From: Octopus bimaculoides
Taxonomy: Eukaryota
Direction: 5' to 3'
Length of the DNA stretch: 64,000 nucleotides
NCBI RefSeq assembly: GCF_001194135.2
Contig: NC_068994.1
Location: 4,211,519-4,275,518, forward strand
Within the stretch, counting starts at the first letter, position 1; the number at the start of each line of letters is the position of its first letter. Below are positions 58,792-64,000 of the stretch, piece by piece. The notes below the pieces were generated by a model that did no database searches, had not been told where the DNA came from, and was given only the letters and a program-made list of their open reading frames with translations. Position numbers and translations under genes: made by a program.

Positions 58792-59176
58792 NNNNNNNNN
58801 NNNNNNNNNNNNNNNNNNNNNNNNNNNNNNNNNNNNNNNNNNNNNNNNNNNNNNNNNNNNNNNNNNNNNNNNNNNNNNNNNNNNNNNNNNNNNNNNNNNN
58901 NNNNNNNNNNNNNNNNNNNNNNNNNNNNNNNNNNNNNNNNNNNNNNNNNNNNNNNNNNNNNNNNNNNNNNNNNNNNNNNNNNNNNNNNNNNNNNNNNNNN
59001 NNNNNNNNNNNNNNNNNNNNNNNNNNNNNNNNNNNNNNNNNNNNNNNNNNNNNNNNNNNNNNNNNNNNNNNNNNNNNNNNNNNNNNNNNNNNNNNNNNNN
59101 NNNNNNNNNNNNNNNNNNNNNNNNNNNNNNNNNNNNNNNNNNNNNNNNNNNNNNNNNNNNNNNNNNNNNNNNNNNN

Positions 59177-59224
<48 letters not shown>

Positions 59225-59349
59225 AGGTTATACACGCATACATGTATAAATGTAAGAGTGTATACAAGTTTATATATATATCTTTTGTTTGTATATGTGT
59301 GTGTGTGTGGAGACACATAATAAATCTATATATTGAAGAGAGTGTACAA

Positions 59350-61326
59350 TCACCAGGGACAGAGGATAGAGCTAACCGGAGTATACTCTCTTAAACTTTT
59401 GCAAGAATTTGGCTTCAAGAAATTGTTTTTCACAGAGCCATGACTCTTCTGATGACTCTGCAGCTTGAGTGCAGACGCAAATTGCCGTGGGCACATGTCG
59501 CATTGCAACAGAGGTTCAGTGTGTATCTTCATGTGCAGCAGGACAGCTTCCTTGTCCGGGAACTTCTGCAGACAAACATGGCACTCGTGTAGTGCTGAAT
59601 GATCTTCGTTGTGCTGATGAGCAACAGCAGGAACCGTAATGATGCTCTCGTGGTTATTCATGGCCAATATGTGGGCGTCCTCGGTGCCGTTGCTGACCTG
59701 CATTCTCTGCTGTTGCACAAGCAAGTCTTTCTTCATGCAGATATCACAGGGTTCGGTGTGGCTCTTGTCAGGTGTGTTGTTGCTGTTGAGATTATTTAAG
59801 TGGATACGTCTGTGTATCTGTAATTTGTCACTGCGATTAAAATCACGGGAACAGAATTCACAGTGGAAAGGTTTCTCTCCAGTGTGAATCCGACGATGGA
59901 CCTGAAGCTTGTCCTTTCTGGCAAACTGCCGGCTGCAAAGATCACAGTGGAAAGGTTTCTCTCCAGTATGTGTCCTTTCGTGTATCATAAGCTTATCTCT
60001 CTGGATGAACTGTTTCGGGCAATAATTACACTGAAAAGGTCTGTCCCCTGTGTGGATTTTCCGATGCAGTTGCAGCTTATCACGGCGGGAAAAGCATTTT
60101 GTACAGATCTCACAAGCAAATGGTTTCTCACCTGTGTGAGTACGTCTGTGGATGACCAAGTTGTCCTTTTGGGCAAAAGATTTGGGACAAATGTCACAGG
60201 CAAAGGGTTTCTCCCCAGTATGTGTCCTACGATGAACCTGGAGTTTGTCCCCACGAGAGAACTGCTTACAACAAATATCGCAAGAGAAAGGACGCTCTCC
60301 GGTGTGAATTCTCTCATGAATCTTCAGTTTCTCTCTTTGAATGAATCTTTTGCCACAATAGGTGCAAGGAAACGGTCTTTCTCCAGTGTGAATCCTTCGA
60401 TGTATTTGGAGTTTATCTCCTCGTGAAAACTGTTTCAAACAAAACTCGCAGTGATAGGGTTTTGCACCGGTATGGACAGTCTCGTGAATCTTCAGCTTAT
60501 CTTTGCGGGAGAACTGCTTCGGACAATAACTGCAGTGGAATGGTTTCTCTCCTGTGTGTGTCCTCTCGTGAATCTGCAACTTGTCTCGGTGAACAAACTG
60601 TTTGGCACAATAGTTACACTGGAACAACTTCTCACCCGTGTGAATCCGTTTATGGATCTGCAACGTATTCCTTCTTGTGAACTTCTTGGGACACAGATCA
60701 CAATGGAATGGTTTATCTGGCACTGTTTGCGATGACAACAGAAGGTGACCCGATGTAGAAATACGACTCACCATACTGGTAGACGTCAGGTCCTTCTTGA
60801 AGAGGGCCATGGGTTTGTGTTGAATATGGATGGGGTCAGCATTACAGTAAGTATCGCTGCAGTTGTTCTCCTTGCCAGCAATTGCATTGCAGTCATTGTT
60901 CCGTTTCTCTGCGACATCAGCAGCAAGTGACGGTTGTTTCTCAAGAACTCCATTAGTAATGGCGCAGCCGTTCTCTCCAGTACACTCTTGTAATGACGAC
61001 GGGGTTAAGAAACAGTTCGGCATAAACTGTTTTCCGTAAATATCATCAATAGAGATTTTCTGATTTGTTGGAAATAATCCATGTGTCTTTAAGTAACAAC
61101 GCTGAAGGAATTGGTTACTCAAGATCTGATGTGTAAAGTGGGGTGGTGGTGGTTTGGGGCTTGTAGCCGGTGGTCTCCGATGAGCTGCTGGTATTGTGTA
61201 GGGTTGAGCAAATTGTCTTTCATATGCAATGGCATGTGAAGGAGGTCGGTCAGATGTTGCTACCTCGTTACTTTTCTTAATGATTGCTTCCTCGGTTATT
61301 TTTGACAGGTTAGTTTTATCCATCAT
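59350..61326 (-). CDS. ZNF-D: multi-C2H2 zinc-finger protein, 658 aa from the first ATG (11 tandem fingers at 59800-60708, a vestigial CDIC and 2 C-terminal fingers)
   Basis: The ORF track starts at GTG 61401, but the first ATG is at 61326 (MMDKT..., compare ZNF-A MEKT). 11 linked fingers. Strong acceptor ttttttctattttcag|g gives an exon start at 61484. Paralogue of ZNF-A. Confidence 0.95.
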   Translation of the reverse strand: MMDKTNLSKITEEAIIKKSNEVATSDRPPSHAIAYERQFAQPYTIPAAHRRPPATSPKPPPPHFTHQILSNQFLQRCYLKTHGLFPTNQKISIDDIYGKQFMPNCFLTPSSLQECTGENGCAITNGVLEKQPSLAADVAEKRNNDCNAIAGKENNCSDTYCNADPIHIQHKPMALFKKDLTSTSMVSRISTSGHLLLSSQTVPDKPFHCDLCPKKFTRRNTLQIHKRIHTGEKLFQCNYCAKQFVHRDKLQIHERTHTGEKPFHCSYCPKQFSRKDKLKIHETVHTGAKPYHCEFCLKQFSRGDKLQIHRRIHTGERPFPCTYCGKRFIQREKLKIHERIHTGERPFSCDICCKQFSRGDKLQVHRRTHTGEKPFACDICPKSFAQKDNLVIHRRTHTGEKPFACEICTKCFSRRDKLQLHRKIHTGDRPFQCNYCPKQFIQRDKLMIHERTHTGEKPFHCDLCSRQFARKDKLQVHRRIHTGEKPFHCEFCSRDFNRSDKLQIHRRIHLNNLNSNNTPDKSHTEPCDICMKKDLLVQQQRMQVSNGTEDAHILAMNNHESIITVPAVAHQHNEDHSALHECHVCLQKFPDKEAVLLHMKIHTEPLLQCDMCPRQFASALKLQSHQKSHGSVKNNFLKPNSCKSLREYTPVSSILCPW

Positions 61327-61536
61327 GTTTCTAGAGAATTTCACCTCGAATTGACTCAAAGATGGATGAACAACAACAGAACAGGATTCAATACTCTTCA
61401 CAGGGAAAAATAAATATTTGAATTCTCTATTTTAACAGGAACTTCAGCAACTGATCCATTTAACTTGTTATAAAAGGGAGATACCTGAAAATAGAAAAAA
61501 AAAACACATTAACATTCATGGAGATATATATATATA

Positions 61537-61768
61537 TCATCATCATCATCATCATCGTTTAACGTCCGCTTTCCATGCTAGCATGGGTTGGACGATTTGA
61601 CTGAGGACTGGTGAAACCGGATGGCAACACCAGGCTCCAGTCTGATTTGGCAGAGTTTCTACAGCTGGATGCCCTTCCTAACGCCAACCACTCAGAGAGT
61701 GTAGTGGGTGCTTTTACGTGTCACCCGCACGAAAACGGCCACGCTCGAAATGGTGTCTTTTATGTGCC
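61537..61768 (-). mobile_element. SINE family B, young copy in the ZNF-D 5' intron (cut by gap)
   Basis: (CAT)n cgtttaacgtccgctttccatgctagc...ggatgcccttcctaacgccaacc. Confidence 0.85.
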
Positions 61769-63196
61769 NNNNNNNNNNNNNNNNNNNNNNNNNNNNNNNN
61801 NNNNNNNNNNNNNNNNNNNNNNNNNNNNNNNNNNNNNNNNNNNNNNNNNNNNNNNNNNNNNNNNNNNNNNNNNNNNNNNNNNNNNNNNNNNNNNNNNNNN
61901 NNNNNNNNNNNNNNNNNNNNNNNNNNNNNNNNNNNNNNNNNNNNNNNNNNNNNNNNNNNNNNNNNNNNNNNNNNNNNNNNNNNNNNNNNNNNNNNNNNNN
62001 NNNNNNNNNNNNNNNNNNNNNNNNNNNNNNNNNNNNNNNNNNNNNNNNNNNNNNNNNNNNNNNNNNNNNNNNNNNNNNNNNNNNNNNNNNNNNNNNNNNN
62101 NNNNNNNNNNNNNNNNNNNNNNNNNNNNNNNNNNNNNNNNNNNNNNNNNNNNNNNNNNNNNNNNNNNNNNNNNNNNNNNNNNNNNNNNNNNNNNNNNNNN
62201 NNNNNNNNNNNNNNNNNNNNNNNNNNNNNNNNNNNNNNNNNNNNNNNNNNNNNNNNNNNNNNNNNNNNNNNNNNNNNNNATATATATATATATATATATA
62301 TACATACATACATACACACACATCTGCATATAAATGTATTTGACAAAACATATCACAACATACTTTTTTTGTCTTATCAGTTTACAAGGATACTAAATTT
62401 TACATGCAAAAATACGTACCACCATTTAATCTAGAATTTGGATCAAATGAATGTAAGAAAGATCAAAGCAATGAGAAATACTGCAATGGTTTAGTCCCAG
62501 GCTGGGGCTGACTGAGGAAACTGGCTTAACCCTTTTGGTTAAGTCTGCTTCCCTAAGACTTGCTACGTGGCTCAATGTGTGATGCATTTTTTTCATTAGT
62601 AATTGAAACAAAAGCAGTACATTTCAACACAAATATGGTAACAAAAGGGTTAAAGTGATCTAAATTAAAACCATCCATCAAAATTCCATGTTAATTTACG
62701 TTCTGAGCATCAGCTTAATAACAGAAAGGTATTTGACTAAATTTTTCATTATTTTAAAATTAATTGACACACAAAGGCAGAGAATTCCACATCGACATCA
62801 ACCAATGTGTGTTTACTCCTTCCTTATCATTTTCTGATGGCAGGCTTCGATCAAAAAAGACCTGGCTGCTATTTTTAGCATGTTAAGTGTCCACATAGAG
62901 GCTCAGATCCCGACTCTCAGACAGGGATATAAATTGCTCTGATGGTATGGGCAAGGCAGTGAGCAGTTTCACTTTGTCTCATTCCTAAATAGTATACAGC
63001 AACTTTAGTGCAGTAATTTACATCAGCTTAATTAACAATAGTTCGTTTACACAATTAATTATGATAAAATATGCCCCAGCGAAATATCTAATTAAATTCT
63101 TTTTCTTTTTAAATATTATAAATGGAAAAACATTCATCAGGAGATATTTTGAGTTGTAATGGAAATGAACATACACACTCGTGTGTGCTGTGTGTG

Positions 63197-63229
<33 letters not shown>

Positions 63230-64000
63230 TTACACACACACATTTATATATTATGATGGTGATACAGATGTATGTGTATGTGTCTGTATACACACACATG
63301 TATGTATAAATATATATATATATATATATATACTGAGAAACAGACAAGACAGGTTGAGACAGACATAAATACAAACCATACATACAGTTAGATAGAAAAA
63401 CAAGCGTATACATAAAAGGAGCAAACACACACACACACACAAACAGACGGCATCTGTTGGCGACACATTAAGTTCTAACCACAGATATATCTCTAGATGA
63501 TAAATGCGTATATAAACGTGTGTATGCACGCATGCATGCGTACGTGTGCATATGACTAGCCTCATGCAGCAGCTTCCTGTACAACAGTACATTCATGACT
63601 TATGAACATTGCAGGAGGTGCACAGACAGTGCACGGTAAACGTGCAGTTTGCAATCATATGATGATAATGACGGTGACGGCGGGGGATTATTAAATCTAC
63701 TGCATACCACTGATTCACTGTGCATACTTGCTCACAAACTAGCACACCTGATGCACTACTGTGCATTTCCATGCAAGTGTCAAATAAGGTATTTGTTGAT
63801 AGTGCTGGCAGTGATAGTGGTGGTGGTGGGTTTCTGTTGTCTGACGACAAGGATTCAGTTGTTTGAGCTCAACTGAATTACCCGCCCTAGAATTAACGTC
63901 TAACTGGCTGAGTATTTCTATAGACATGTGTACCTTTAACACAACTCACAGTCTGTGACAAGAGAAGCCGGTCATCTTTTTAAATTGCAATCAACCCAAT

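Noticed and set aside
61327-61401. GTG-initiated 25-aa N-terminal extension of ZNF-D
   Set aside because: GTG starts are unusual in animals, and the ATG at 61326 aligns with the ZNF-A start (M[DE]KT).

Overview
This is eukaryotic, AT-rich, microsatellite- and SINE-dense animal DNA with 9 assembly gaps (5093-5397, 25271-25460, 36270-36628, 37627-38196, 43195-43307, 56691-56700, 57305-57746, 58792-~59176, 61769-62279). The repeat content and gene content point to a cephalopod, probably Octopus (inference). The window holds a cluster of four C2H2 zinc-finger genes, each with its whole CDS in one exon and no recognisable KRAB/SCAN/BTB/ZAD domain: ZNF-A (+, 9861-12182, 15 fingers), ZNF-B (-, 19757-20902, 3 canonical plus 1 incomplete), ZNF-C (-, 31907-33124, 4 canonical plus 1 atypical) and ZNF-D (-, 59350-61326, 13 fingers). 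A and D are convergent paralogues. They share two short conserved motifs outside the fingers (SNQFxQRCYLxxHGxFP and V[RK]NNFLKPxSCKxxxEYTPxS), which are candidate lineage-specific effector modules. Their finger arrays alternate R-D-K and Q-D-N/K recognition helices, which predicts a target with 6-bp periodicity. Between the genes lie several SINE families, an internally deleted mariner, an R4/Dong-like RLE retrotransposon relic, a LINE 3' end encoding three decayed C2H2 fingers, piggyBac-like and hAT-like MITE pieces, a 333-bp foldback, a hairpin element with a telomere-like core, and 27-bp and 34-bp minisatellites. Repeat boundaries were judged by eye and are approximate (about +/-20 bp). No prokaryotic features or CRISPR arrays are present.
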